Source of the DNA: Nitrospirota bacterium
GTDB taxonomy: Bacteria > Nitrospirota > UBA9217
Assembly (NCBI GenBank): GCA_963818475.1
Contig: CAWFSF010000005.1
Location: 512,001 to 576,000 of the forward strand
Length of the DNA stretch: 64,000 bases
Direction of reading: 5' to 3'
The notes under the pieces are model-generated. The model searched no databases. It saw only the letters and a list, made by a program, of their open reading frames with translations, and was not told where the DNA came from. Both the position numbers and the translations under genes were made by a program. Positions 19,020 through 29,958 of the stretch are shown here, one piece after another (within the stretch, counting starts at the first letter, position 1; each line of letters opens with the position of its first letter).

Positions 19020-19826
19020 TTAATTTTTACTTTTTGTCAGATCAATGAATGGAACAGCAGAACCAGGTATCATCTGAGTAGGAAGATGTCCGTCCCATTT
19101 TTCAATTGCTTTGAGCTGTACGTAGTCCTTTCCTCCTTGCGATGTAACAGCCTTTGCTTGTATGGCGATCGCCGTAGCATCCGCTGTGGCAGTTGCGACT
19201 TTTTGCTCCGCCAAAAACCTTACTTTGGCTAAATTGTTCTTTTCCATAAGAGCTTCCTGTTCTGCCGTTACTTTCTGCTCGATGGCGTGGTTGAATTCCT
19301 TGGAAAACTCGAAGTTGGTTATAAACACATTGTCGACGATCACATTGTTCACGGACAGCGCCACGGTCAGTGATTTTTTGAACTCCTCCTTGACCATTTC
19401 TCGCTTGGAAATAAGCTCCTCTGCAGTGAACATGGCTGTTGATTTTTTCAAGTATTCCTGTATGGCAGGGGCAATGATACGTGAATCCACATCGTTTCCG
19501 AGACTTTGAAAAATCTTGTTCACTTTCATGGCATCGAGATGGTAGTTCAAGGCAACCTTTGCGTGGACCATTTGCAAATCTTTTGACGACGCCTCCGACC
19601 CTACCTCCACCTTCTGTATTTGAACATCCATTTTTTGGACTGACTGCGTAATGGGCATCACAAAGTGAACGCCCTCGCCAAGGATCGTATCTTGCACGGC
19701 GCCCAGTTGGATCACAACGCCACGTTGTCCAGGATGCACGATCACGAGGGGATTGAGTGTCACAAAAAGTATGAGTGCGAACACCGCAAGTCCCACCATG
19801 ATCACTGCCTTAATGTTTTTCTCCAT
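19020..19826 (-). CDS. SPFH/Band 7 (prohibitin-like) protein
   Basis: N-terminal TM; PGQRGVV, GEGVHF, SSKDLQ, AIEQKVTAEQ, EKWDG. Confidence 0.9.
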   Translation of the reverse strand: MEKNIKAVIMVGLAVFALILFVTLNPLVIVHPGQRGVVIQLGAVQDTILGEGVHFVMPITQSVQKMDVQIQKVEVGSEASSKDLQMVHAKVALNYHLDAMKVNKIFQSLGNDVDSRIIAPAIQEYLKKSTAMFTAEELISKREMVKEEFKKSLTVALSVNNVIVDNVFITNFEFSKEFNHAIEQKVTAEQEALMEKNNLAKVRFLAEQKVATATADATAIAIQAKAVTSQGGKDYVQLKAIEKWDGHLPTQMIPGSAVPFIDLTKSKN

Positions 19827-20007
19827 TGTCCTTCTCCTTTGATTTTGGAAACAGATAGTTTATGACTATTCTATAAAACACCACTACGGCCCCTATCAGA
19901 ATTGATAAAAGCAAAACTTCAAAAAGAATTCTCATTTATCCCTCCCACTTGAAATAGTTGCTGCTGTCTTCCCGACCTACGAGCTGCATCAGTTGTCAGC
20001 TCTGCGA

Positions 20008-20463
20008 TCATGCATTTGACTCGTATCTTATTTTCTCATTCCGGTCTATTCTGAAAAGCTTTTTCATTAGTGATGCCGCAACAACAGCGATTTCGGTTGC
20101 TGTTCCTTCAATAGTAATATCCAGGAATTTTTCACCGCCCGACCCGCTATTCTCCATTATTTCAAGACCGAGCTCCTTCGAGACGGACCTAAAGGCCATT
20201 TCCAGGCTTTTTTGCCTGTCGGTAATTAACGGAAAATCCAATTGTACGCTTTTAGCATCAGCGGTGAATTGCACGTAATCATCTGTTCCATGAACCGTTG
20301 CTATCAAAAACGCAGCTTCTTTGCTGCTTCTCATAAGCTTTTCAATGTTTTTCTCAATATCGTCGATGCTTCCAACAGAAACCGTCGTATCGTGATCGTT
20401 TAAAGAAAAAAACAAAACCAGGGCAATAAGGACAAGTGCAAATATGATCATTCCAATTATCAT
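20008..20463 (-). CDS. Hypothetical membrane-anchored protein
   Basis: 151 aa with N-terminal TM; low GC. Confidence 0.6.
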   Translation of the reverse strand: MIIGMIIFALVLIALVLFFSLNDHDTTVSVGSIDDIEKNIEKLMRSSKEAAFLIATVHGTDDYVQFTADAKSVQLDFPLITDRQKSLEMAFRSVSKELGLEIMENSGSGGEKFLDITIEGTATEIAVVAASLMKKLFRIDRNEKIRYESNA

Positions 20464-20819
20464 GTATTACCCACAGAAACCGGTAGTATCAGGAATGTAG
20501 CCCTGCATCATATATATGCAAGCATCTGCAGGCAGATGCATTTCAAATAAATACGAATAGTAATGCCAAGAAGAATGCAACGAGTATGGAAAGGAGTGGT
20601 TCGATTATAGATACATTGTGCGAATTGTCAAGACTTCCGACGAGGGGGAAAAAGCGTGTAAGAAGGAAGGTCGGACTTTGAATTGTCGAAGCAATGAAGG
20701 ATTCTGCCCACGCTATCTTTTCAGCGCATCCTGTTCGTCCGGCCGCTGATACGCTGCTGCCAATTGGTTGGCCAACTTTTGTCCAGCATCTTCCAAGGTT
20801 GCCTGACTTCAAAAAGCGG

Positions 20820-23800
20820 TCAGCTCAACTCCACCTCGACATGGTGGTCCTGGCGGTCGTCCACAAGGGGGATCATGCCTTGCGCACGCTCTGTCCCCTC
20901 TATGCCGGTTCCCTCTACCGCGGCGCCGTCCATTATCATGCGGATCATATGCTCCGGCTGTTCATTAACGCGCTTGACGGTGATGTGGTAGAAGGTCTCG
21001 CGATAGCGATAGTGTATCTTGAACGACCCCCAATGGGCCGGGATACACGGCGCAATGCGCAGATGGTCCACTTCCAGCTGCAGGCCCAGGAGTGTTTCCA
21101 CGGTCAGCCGGTACATCCAGCCCGCCGCCCCGGTGTACCAGGTCCAGCCGCCCCGACCGGTGTGCGGCGGCGCGCCGTAAATATCCGCGCACATGACGTA
21201 GGGCTCGACCTTGTAGCGTTCGATGTCCGCAGGCGTACTGCCGTGATTGACGGGATTGAGCATGGCGAACAGCTCCCACGCCCGTTCCCGGTCACCCATC
21301 AGGGCAAAGGCCATCGTGGTCCAGATCGCGGCATGGGTGTATTGGCCGCCGTTCTCGCGCACGCCGGGCACATAGCCCTTGATATAACCGGGCTCAAGGT
21401 CCGATGTATCGAAGGGCGGGGCGAGCAGCTGGACCAACTTCGCATCGCGCCGCACCAGGCGTTTGTCCACCGACCACATCGCCTGTCGGGCGCGCAGCGG
21501 AGCGCCGCCGCCCGATATGACCGCCCAACTCTGGCTGATCGAATCGATCTGGCATTCCTCATTCTTGGACGACCCCAGGGGTGTGCCGTCGTCAAAATAG
21601 GCCCGCCGATACCAATCGCCGTCCCAGGCATTGGCCTCTATGTTGTTCCGCAGCAGCGAAGCCTGCCCGGCGCACACGTCGGCAAAGGCTTCGTCGCCCC
21701 GGCCGCGGGCCAGGCCTGCAAACTGCCGGAGGTTCTCGTACAGGAACCACGCCAGCCAGACGCTCTCGCCCTTGCCGTCACGACCGACGAGATTCATGCC
21801 GTCGTTCCAGTCGCCGCAGCCCATCAGCGGCAATTGGTGTTCTCCGAAGCGTAAACCATGCTTGATCGCACGCACGCAGTGCTCATAGAGGCTTGCGGCC
21901 TCAGCCGAACGCTGCGGCTGATCGTAGTAAGCCTCCTCTTCCGGATTCAGCTCGCGTCCCTCCAGAAAATGCACTGACTCATCGAGCACTCCCGTATCGC
22001 CGGTTGCCAGCACATACCGGCAGGTTGCATAGGGCAGCCACAGATAGTCGTCGGAGAAATGGGTGCGCACGCCTTGTCCGTTGGGCGGGTGCCACCAGTG
22101 CTGCACGTCGCCCCGGAGGAACTGGCGCCCGGCGCAGCGGATCAACTGCTCGCGGGCAAGCCACGGTGTCGCATGGATCAGCGCCAGGGTGTCCTGCAAT
22201 TGATCGCGGAAACCGTAGGCGCCGCCTGACTGATAATAGCCGCTGCGGCCCCAGAGCCTGCAGGACAGGGTCTGGTAGACCAGCCAGCCGTTGGCCAGCA
22301 CGTCCAGCGCGGGGTCTGGCGTTTCCACATGCACCGCGCCCAGGGTGCGGTTCCAGTGTTCCCACACCGTTTCCAATGCCTGCCGCGCGCCCGCCTGCCC
22401 GCTGAATCGCTGGATGAAATGCCGCGCTTCGTCGGCGTCACGGGCCGCGCCGAATACGAATACGATCTCCCGCTCTTCCCCTTCGGCCAGTTCGATCCGG
22501 GTCTGCACCGCGGCGCACGGATCAAGGCCCGCACCGGTCCTGCCCGACAGGCGTCTGCGGCGCATCGCCATCGGGCCGGCCAGCGAGCCGTTGCGGCCGA
22601 TGAACTCGGTGCGGTTTCCACTCACCGACCGCTCCCGCTCGCTGACCTGCGCAAAGACCACCCGATTGGCGCATTCGCGGCCGTACGCATTGCGGGCAAA
22701 CAGCGCCCCGTTCTGCGGGTCCGTTTCGGTGACGATGTGCATCAGATTGGCGTGCCGCCACTCACCCAGCACCAGCTCCCAATACCCGGTCAGCGATAAG
22801 CTGCGGGCGCGCTTCGACTGGTTGTGCAGCTTGACCACCGCGAACTTCACCGGCGCGTCCATGGCGACGTAGGTGAACAGTTCCGAAGCAATACCGGCTT
22901 CGTAATGTTCGAACACGCTGTAGCCGAACCCGTGCCGGCACACATAGCCGAACCGGCCGCGGGCGGGCAACGGCGTCGGCGACCAGAACGCACCCGTTTC
23001 CTCGTCGCGGATATAGAGCGCCTCGCCGCTGCTGTCGCAAAGCGGGTCATTGTGCCAGGTGGTCAGCCGGAACTCGTGAGCATTTTCCACCCAGGTATAC
23101 GCGCTCCCGCTCTCGCTGACGACCGTGCCGATGTGCGGACTGGCAATGACATTGACCCACGGCGCCGGCGTGCTCTGGCCCGGTTCGAGGGTGACGACGT
23201 ATTCGCGCCCGTCGGGTGTGAAGCCGCCCAGGCCGTTAAAGAAAATGCGTTCGCGCGCCGGGAGCGGATAGACCGGTTCAGCGGCCGCTTGCTGCAATGG
23301 CTCCAGAAGGTCCGACACACGCTCTCGTGACACGCGGCGTTCCACCTGTTCGACCAATGTTTCGGCCGTATCGGTGAACGCGATGCGGGCGACCGTCTGG
23401 AACAAGACCCGCTCATCCTCGGAAAGTTCTTCGGCACGCCGCACGAAGACCCCGCCCGGTTTGTCGATAATGCTCGCTTCGGGACCCGCGTTGATCAGCC
23501 CCATGATCTGGTCCTGCAGAACCGCCCGGTAGCCCGAGAAATCCTCGTTCACGATCACCAGGTCCGAAGGCAGGCCCTTCATCCGCCAATAGGCATGGGC
23601 TTGCAGCACCTGTTTTACCAGGTCGATGCGGTCCAGGTCGCCGATGCGCAGCAGGACGATCGGCAGATCGCCCGAGACGGCAAAACGCCACAGCCCGGAC
23701 TGACCAAGCTGGTTGCGGGCAATGACGCCGGGCGCGGCGCGGCGCAAGGCATTGCCGTAAATGACGGAGGTGGCCAGGCGGCCATAGACCTGCGCATCGG

Positions 23801-26800
23801 CTTCGGTGGCGCTGAGGTGGCGCAGCACCTCCTGGCTTTGGAACCATGCCATTTCAAAGGCACGCTCAACGAAGTGCCGGTCGCCATACTTCTCCAGCAA
23901 AGCCAATGCCGCCTCGCGCGTGTCCGCGACCCCGGAGATGATCTGCACGGTCGCCGATTCGTCGGGAGACAAGGTGATGGTGCGGCGGACCGCCACGATG
24001 GGATCGAGCACCGAACCGTCAGTGTTCGACAACGCCGACGGTCTGCCGCTGCTGTCCAGTACCACGGGGTTGGCCGTTGTTCGGCCCCGCCCGATGAATT
24101 TGACGCGGTCGGTCTCGTACGACGGCTCATCGGCAGCAGCACCCGGCGCTGCCAGCAGGTGGAACATCCACGGCACCTGCTCCCCCGGTGTACGGCGGCG
24201 GCGCGTGCAGAGGATCGCCTGCCGGTCGGGCAGGATCTCGGTTTGCACAAAGAGGTTGCTGAACGAGCGATGGGCAAGGTCGGCATGCAGCAGCGCCAGC
24301 ACGACCTCCGCGTAGCTCGTTATCTCGATATGACGGGTACGGGACGACAGGTTGGTGAGCGTGACACGGCGGATCTCGACGTCGTCTTCAGGTGAAACGC
24401 TGATCTCGGTGTGCGCTTCGATCGCCTGATCGCGCCGCCGGTATTCAGCGCGTGCCTCTACGAAGATCGCCTCGTAGTGATCGGCCTTGCGCAGTGTCGG
24501 TTGATGCGCGGTTGACCAATACCGCCCCGTGTCGCGGTCGCGCAGGTAAATGAAGGTGCCCCAGCAGTCCGACGTTGCGTCCTCGCGCCAACGGGTGACG
24601 GCCAGGTCGCGCCAGCGGCTGTACCCTCCGCCGGCATGGGTCGCCATGACGTGGTACCTGCCGTTGGACAACAGGTGAACTTCAGGTATCGGCGTGTTCG
24701 GGTCGGTAAACACGCGCATGATCCCGGCCTCCTCCGCGGCGGGGGGGCGCGCGGCGGCGCTCACTTCAGCGGCGTGCGGGTGCAAGGTAGCGCCCTTCTT
24801 CGGCACACGCTCCTGCAGGAGCAGTTCAGTGGCCTTTACTAAAGGCGCGGACATGAATCGGCGCTGCATCGGCCGGTTGAGCAATACATGCCCAAAGGCC
24901 AGCAGGCTCATGCCCTGATGATGCGCCATGAAGGTGCGCACAATGGCGTGATGCTTGCCCCGCGGCACCCGCGATGGCGTGTAGTCGATCGCCTCGTAGA
25001 ACCCATAGGCGCCGAGAAAACCATCGTCAGCCAGCGTCTGCAGGTTGCGGCACGCTTCCCGCGGCATCACCGTCAGCGCCAGTGCGCTGGCGTACGGGGC
25101 GATGACCAGGTCGTCGCCCAGCCCGCGCTTGAAACCCAGCCCGGGCACGCCGAACGCCCGATATTGATAGACCTGGCTGGCATCGGTGGCGTTGTAGCAG
25201 GACTCGGAAATGCCCCACGGCACGGCGCGTTGCCGGCCGTATTCGATCTGGCGCGACACCGCGGCCTTGCCGGTCTGCTCCAGCAGGGTGTTCTCGTAAA
25301 TCGGCATCATCAGCTGCGGCATGAGGTACTCGAACATCGAGCCGCTCCACGAGATCAAGCTCACGTCGCCGCCATGACTGGTCAGCAGGCGGCCAAGCGA
25401 GAACCAATGCTTCTGCGGCACCTGTCCCTGCGCGATCAGCAGGAAACTGGCCAGGCGCGCTTCTGATGCCAGCAGGTCGTAGCAGGACGTATCGCGGCGC
25501 CGTTCGCCCGCGTCGTACCCTATGGTCAGCAGGCCGCGCGATGTATCGTAGAGAAATTCAAAATCCATCACCGCCAGTTCGCGGCAACGATCGACCAGAT
25601 CGTCGATGATCCTGAGCCGCTCCACCGCGCCCGCATACCGTGGTTCCGTCGCCGCGGCTGCCCCGGCTGACGACAGCGCGGAGGGAGAAACCGTCCGCTC
25701 TCCGGCCAATTCCGCCAGCGTCGGGATGGTGCTGAAGGACCGCGGCCCGGGCACCAGGGATCTCAGGTCATCGCGAAGTGCGCGGGATTGCCGGTCGAAG
25801 GCCTGCGCCCAGTAATACAGTTCGCCGCCGATGGCATTATCCGCCGGCAGCCATGCAACCAGCCCCCCGTCACGAAGGATCTCATCCAGCACACTGTCGG
25901 CGGCAGCCAGTGTCTGCTCCCCGTTCAGCGGGAGTGCGCGCAGCCTGTCCTGCAGAAGCCTGGCCTTCTTCACCAGATCCGGCGCCGGTGACGAGGGGAC
26001 CTGTTCGGCAAGCACCTGCAAGGTGTCCTGCAGCGCCTGAAACGCGTTTGATGACAGCACCGGCTGATCCTTCAACTCGGCCAGTCCCGCTTGCAGGGTG
26101 AGCAGGCTGCCGGCCAGGTTGCCGCTGTCCACCGAAGAGACGTAGTGCGGATGAAGCGGTTTCAGCGTGCGCGTGTCGTACCAGTTGTAAAAATGGCCGC
26201 GGTAGCGTTCCAGCTTTTGCATCGTAGCCAGTGTGTTCCCGGCAAGCCGCAGGAATTCTCCGGCGGGAATATAACCGAGGTCGTACGCAGCGAGGTCCGC
26301 CAGCAGCGACATGCCGATATTCGTGGGCGAGGTGCGCGAGGCGATGGCCGGAGCCGGATATTCCTGGAAGTTGTCGGGCGGCAGCCAGTTGTCCTGCGGA
26401 CCGACGAACTCCGCGAAGAAGCGCCACGTTCGCCGGGCCGACGCTCGCAGGAACGCCCGTTGATCAGCGGTCAAGTCCGGTTCGGGGGACACCAGCGGCA
26501 TGCTGATCCACCAGCCGACGGCCGGCGACGCCAGCCAGAGCAGCAAGACGGGCGCACAGAAGAGCAACTCCGCCGGCCGGCTGAACCCCAGTGCGAGGGC
26601 CAGCGCCATTGCCAGAACAGGCGCGACCCACATCTCCCTGAAAAAATCGGCCGGCGTACGGCGCGCGTTGCGTCGTGCATAGGACCGCATATGCCAGAGC
26701 AGCAACCCGCTCCGGGTGAACAGCATGCGCACACCCGAGCGCAGGATCGCATCCAGGAAGATCAGCGTATCGTAGGGCAAAAAGACCAGCGTCAGCAAAG

Positions 26801-29516
26801 CGAGCACTATGGCGCGGCCCGCGGATCTGCCGGTCAGGACCAGGTGCACCAGCCAATCACGTTCTTCGGGCTTGCGGATGAGCTCGATCACGGCTCCCAG
26901 CAGGGTGGGCAGGAACAGCACACCCGCCACCAGCAGGGTCCGGAACCACGCCGGTCCCGGACCAAACAGCCAACCACCTGCCAGCAAGGCAAGCAGCGAC
27001 GGCGGCACGAGGCTGCGCCTGAGGTTGTCGAAAATTTTCCACATTGACAAAGCGGTGAGCGGGTTCGGCTGCCGCTTCGCCTTCGGTCCCTTTGCACCAT
27101 TTGATCCGGGCTGCGCGGGAGGTCCGGGCACGCGCGGGAGCAGCCAGCCGGCAATCTGCCAGTCGCCGCGTACCCACCGGTGCCGCCGGCTGGCCTCCAT
27201 GGCGCAACTGGCCGGCTGCTCTTCAATGAGGTCGACGTCGGTCACCAGTGCCGAACGGGCATAGCCGCTTTCCAGCAAGTCGTGGCTGAGGATGAGGTTC
27301 TCCGGAAAGCGTCCGTCGACGGCCTGACGAAAGGCGTCTACGTCGTAGATGCCCTTGCCGATGAACGACCCCTCCCCGAAAATATCCTGGTAGACATCCG
27401 ATACCTCGCGCGTGTAAGGGTCGATGCCTGACTCTCCCGCGAAGAGCTTCGCAAACCGTGACCGGCCCGCGCTGATCAGGCTGATCGATGCGCGTGGCTG
27501 CAGGATCGCGTAGCCTTCGACAATGCGCCCCTTGCCGGCATCGTACACCGGCCGATTGAGCGGATGGGCGATGTTTCCGATAAGGGTGCGTGCCGTGTCG
27601 CGGGGCAGTTGCGTGTCGGTATCCAGGGTGATGACGTACTTGATAGAACCGAGGAGGGACTGATCACCGACAATATCCGAGAATGCAGTTTGTGCCCCTC
27701 CCCGAAGCAAGGCATTGAACTGCTCCAGTTTGCCGCGCTTGCGCTCGTATCCCATCCACACCCCTTCGTAGGGGTTCCACACCCGGGGCCGGTGAAACAG
27801 ATAGAAGATGCACGGGCGGTCCTCGCGGTAGGTCTCGTTGAGCGCCTGGACTGCTGCGCGCGCGTGAGCGAGCAGCGCGTCATCGTCCGGCATCGTTTGC
27901 TTTGGTGCGTCGCGGAAATCCGTCAGCACGGCAAAGAACAGATGAGGATCGCGATTACCGAGATAGCGGATCTCCAGGGCTTCGAGAAGATCGTCGATCT
28001 CCTGCAGACTGCTCAGCAAGGTAGGGACGATCACCATGGTGCGGTGAACGGATGGAATGCCCTGCGAAAAATCCAGTCGGGGCAGCGCGCGAGGTGGCAG
28101 GACAAGCGTGACGATCAGGTTCACCAGCGGGACGGCCAGCGCCGAGACGCCGATGATGCCGGTGATCGCAAAGAACCAGCACCGCCAGTCACTGAGGCCC
28201 GACCCGTTGAATGAAAAAAGCACGGCCGATGTCGAAAGCAGCGTGAGCAGCAGGATCGGCCCGAGGTAGAGGAACAGGCGGAGATGCCGGCCCGCACGAG
28301 AGGCCAGCATTTTCAAGGACAAACGGCGGCCGACCGCTTGCTCCAGGATCCGCCGTCCGTGATCTATCAGGTAGTATCCGACATGCGCGGTACGGTCGCT
28401 GACGCCCGATCGCTCCGCAGCAGCGTGCGCGAGAGCTATGGCTTCGCGTGCAACCGCCGGCTCACTGTACGAACTGCTCCGCGCCAGATCTTCAATGACA
28501 TGCCGGTACCGGTCGCGGGTGGCGAAATCCTGGCCGGCGTGCATCCCCGCCGGGTCTTCACGCAAGGTCTGTTCGACGACACTGAGCGACTCAACGTAAT
28601 TCCTCCAGTCCATGGCGCCGATAAAACGCAGGCTGCCGATACTGTTTGCGATGGAGATCTGGTTGGCCGCGGCCGTTCGTCCGGCCGCCTCCGACAGCTG
28701 CGTTGCGGTCACCCCTTGTTCAAGCAATTTTTGTTCAACCCAGGTTTGAATGAACGCCATGGCGGGCCCCTGGGCCTGGAGCCTGGCGTAAAATTCCTCC
28801 ACAAACGGCGCGGTCAGAGGCACATCGGCATAGGCAAACTCGGCGAGCAGCCGGATAAGCTGTTTCGGCTCCCGTTCGGCCGTCGCGAGCATGCGGTCCG
28901 CCCAGGTGATGGCCGCGTCGCGCTCTTCGCGGCGACGGGCGATACGCAATCCGACGCGGCGAAGGTTTTCCAGCAGCGCCAACTGCAGCATGATCGGGAA
29001 TGCCCACAATTCGCCCAGCTTTAACGGTTCAACGGTCTGGTAGGCAACGACGAATTGGGTGGCGTTGTCGCTGTCGACACGACCGTCCATGTGAGAGATC
29101 AGATCCAGCGCCAGGTCATAGATGCGGGGGAAACCGGCTGACGGGCCATCAGCCAGTTGCGGCAACTGCCGGCTGTACCCGCGCGGCAGATGCCGGCGCG
29201 CCAGACTGATCTGCTGCTCGATGAGATAGAAATTGTCGAGCAGCCAGGCCTCTGCCGGCACGACCCGCTGGCCCTGCGTGGCTGCGGCTGTCACGACGTC
29301 ATAGGCCGCCAGCAGGACGCGCGCATTGTCCGCCAGCCGTGGCAGCAACCGGTCCGCCCCCGGACGCGGATCTATTCTATGCCGGCCGGCCAGCGCTGCC
29401 GCGTGACGCTTCAGTTGCTCGATGCTGAACAGCTCCGAGCGCAGCAACTCGGTATCCCCGCCGCTCCGCAGCGCATTCCGTGCCCGTGCCGAAAATCCGA
29501 AATCTTTGATGAGCAT
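20820..29516 (-). CDS. ndvB: Cyclic beta-1,2-glucan synthase (Cgs/NdvB/ChvB family; GT84, glucoamylase-like and GH94 domains)
   Basis: About 2900 aa; WMGYERKRGKL, LSHDLLE, RRHRWVRGDWQ, YDLLASEARL, WGISES, YQSGGAYGFRDQLQD, GDWNDG, ENGGQYTH. Confidence 0.92.
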   Translation of the reverse strand: MLIKDFGFSARARNALRSGGDTELLRSELFSIEQLKRHAAALAGRHRIDPRPGADRLLPRLADNARVLLAAYDVVTAAATQGQRVVPAEAWLLDNFYLIEQQISLARRHLPRGYSRQLPQLADGPSAGFPRIYDLALDLISHMDGRVDSDNATQFVVAYQTVEPLKLGELWAFPIMLQLALLENLRRVGLRIARRREERDAAITWADRMLATAEREPKQLIRLLAEFAYADVPLTAPFVEEFYARLQAQGPAMAFIQTWVEQKLLEQGVTATQLSEAAGRTAAANQISIANSIGSLRFIGAMDWRNYVESLSVVEQTLREDPAGMHAGQDFATRDRYRHVIEDLARSSSYSEPAVAREAIALAHAAAERSGVSDRTAHVGYYLIDHGRRILEQAVGRRLSLKMLASRAGRHLRLFLYLGPILLLTLLSTSAVLFSFNGSGLSDWRCWFFAITGIIGVSALAVPLVNLIVTLVLPPRALPRLDFSQGIPSVHRTMVIVPTLLSSLQEIDDLLEALEIRYLGNRDPHLFFAVLTDFRDAPKQTMPDDDALLAHARAAVQALNETYREDRPCIFYLFHRPRVWNPYEGVWMGYERKRGKLEQFNALLRGGAQTAFSDIVGDQSLLGSIKYVITLDTDTQLPRDTARTLIGNIAHPLNRPVYDAGKGRIVEGYAILQPRASISLISAGRSRFAKLFAGESGIDPYTREVSDVYQDIFGEGSFIGKGIYDVDAFRQAVDGRFPENLILSHDLLESGYARSALVTDVDLIEEQPASCAMEASRRHRWVRGDWQIAGWLLPRVPGPPAQPGSNGAKGPKAKRQPNPLTALSMWKIFDNLRRSLVPPSLLALLAGGWLFGPGPAWFRTLLVAGVLFLPTLLGAVIELIRKPEERDWLVHLVLTGRSAGRAIVLALLTLVFLPYDTLIFLDAILRSGVRMLFTRSGLLLWHMRSYARRNARRTPADFFREMWVAPVLAMALALALGFSRPAELLFCAPVLLLWLASPAVGWWISMPLVSPEPDLTADQRAFLRASARRTWRFFAEFVGPQDNWLPPDNFQEYPAPAIASRTSPTNIGMSLLADLAAYDLGYIPAGEFLRLAGNTLATMQKLERYRGHFYNWYDTRTLKPLHPHYVSSVDSGNLAGSLLTLQAGLAELKDQPVLSSNAFQALQDTLQVLAEQVPSSPAPDLVKKARLLQDRLRALPLNGEQTLAAADSVLDEILRDGGLVAWLPADNAIGGELYYWAQAFDRQSRALRDDLRSLVPGPRSFSTIPTLAELAGERTVSPSALSSAGAAAATEPRYAGAVERLRIIDDLVDRCRELAVMDFEFLYDTSRGLLTIGYDAGERRRDTSCYDLLASEARLASFLLIAQGQVPQKHWFSLGRLLTSHGGDVSLISWSGSMFEYLMPQLMMPIYENTLLEQTGKAAVSRQIEYGRQRAVPWGISESCYNATDASQVYQYRAFGVPGLGFKRGLGDDLVIAPYASALALTVMPREACRNLQTLADDGFLGAYGFYEAIDYTPSRVPRGKHHAIVRTFMAHHQGMSLLAFGHVLLNRPMQRRFMSAPLVKATELLLQERVPKKGATLHPHAAEVSAAARPPAAEEAGIMRVFTDPNTPIPEVHLLSNGRYHVMATHAGGGYSRWRDLAVTRWREDATSDCWGTFIYLRDRDTGRYWSTAHQPTLRKADHYEAIFVEARAEYRRRDQAIEAHTEISVSPEDDVEIRRVTLTNLSSRTRHIEITSYAEVVLALLHADLAHRSFSNLFVQTEILPDRQAILCTRRRRTPGEQVPWMFHLLAAPGAAADEPSYETDRVKFIGRGRTTANPVVLDSSGRPSALSNTDGSVLDPIVAVRRTITLSPDESATVQIISGVADTREAALALLEKYGDRHFVERAFEMAWFQSQEVLRHLSATEADAQVYGRLATSVIYGNALRRAAPGVIARNQLGQSGLWRFAVSGDLPIVLLRIGDLDRIDLVKQVLQAHAYWRMKGLPSDLVIVNEDFSGYRAVLQDQIMGLINAGPEASIIDKPGGVFVRRAEELSEDERVLFQTVARIAFTDTAETLVEQVERRVSRERVSDLLEPLQQAAAEPVYPLPARERIFFNGLGGFTPDGREYVVTLEPGQSTPAPWVNVIASPHIGTVVSESGSAYTWVENAHEFRLTTWHNDPLCDSSGEALYIRDEETGAFWSPTPLPARGRFGYVCRHGFGYSVFEHYEAGIASELFTYVAMDAPVKFAVVKLHNQSKRARSLSLTGYWELVLGEWRHANLMHIVTETDPQNGALFARNAYGRECANRVVFAQVSERERSVSGNRTEFIGRNGSLAGPMAMRRRRLSGRTGAGLDPCAAVQTRIELAEGEEREIVFVFGAARDADEARHFIQRFSGQAGARQALETVWEHWNRTLGAVHVETPDPALDVLANGWLVYQTLSCRLWGRSGYYQSGGAYGFRDQLQDTLALIHATPWLAREQLIRCAGRQFLRGDVQHWWHPPNGQGVRTHFSDDYLWLPYATCRYVLATGDTGVLDESVHFLEGRELNPEEEAYYDQPQRSAEAASLYEHCVRAIKHGLRFGEHQLPLMGCGDWNDGMNLVGRDGKGESVWLAWFLYENLRQFAGLARGRGDEAFADVCAGQASLLRNNIEANAWDGDWYRRAYFDDGTPLGSSKNEECQIDSISQSWAVISGGGAPLRARQAMWSVDKRLVRRDAKLVQLLAPPFDTSDLEPGYIKGYVPGVRENGGQYTHAAIWTTMAFALMGDRERAWELFAMLNPVNHGSTPADIERYKVEPYVMCADIYGAPPHTGRGGWTWYTGAAGWMYRLTVETLLGLQLEVDHLRIAPCIPAHWGSFKIHYRYRETFYHITVKRVNEQPEHMIRMIMDGAAVEGTGIEGTERAQGMIPLVDDRQDHHVEVELS

Positions 29517-29762
29517 GCTATTTCCTCGATCGAACCATCTGCAAAGCACAAAGGCAGGTCCTGAAATACAGAATCAGTTGAGACCTGCCAAGAGGCGTTC
29601 ACTGAAGAATAGAGCGACACACAAAAAAAGAGGATTCACCCCAAGGAGTGATCCTCTTAAAGTTTAGCACAATTTGTTGAAAACTGAGGGAATTCCCTCG
29701 CGCCCTGGCAGCATGGCCATTGCGGTCCTTGCTCGGCTTGCCTAAAAAATGCGGGTTATTAC

Positions 29763-29918
29763 GGCATTTGACACTGATCAAATCGGATAAGAGTCGGATA
29801 ACAGCTGATTTTTCCCTGACGTAGTTCACCCATTAGGTGAACATGTTGCTTCCGATTTATCCGCTTTTATCCGGCGTTAATCCGCTCCTTCCGTGTCCAA
29901 ATGCTTTTTTTAGGATTA
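29763..29918 (+). repeat. Phased-repeat palindromic element, 10-mer family
   Basis: GACAC + 4x C(G/T)GAT cores; central GTTCACCCATTAGGTGAAC hairpin; 4x ATCCG cores + GTGTC. Confidence 0.85.
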
Positions 29919-29958
29919 AGTGGTTCACCGGCAGATCGAAGCAGCCCCTTTTCCCGCG

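Noticed and set aside
20543-20812. 89-aa ORF after the glucan synthase
   Set aside because: No RBS or recognisable motif; possibly a decayed membrane-gene tail
20694-29564. Long antisense and alternate-frame ORFs over the glucan synthase and other GC-rich genes
   Set aside because: Expected shadow ORFs from GC3 bias; no motifs
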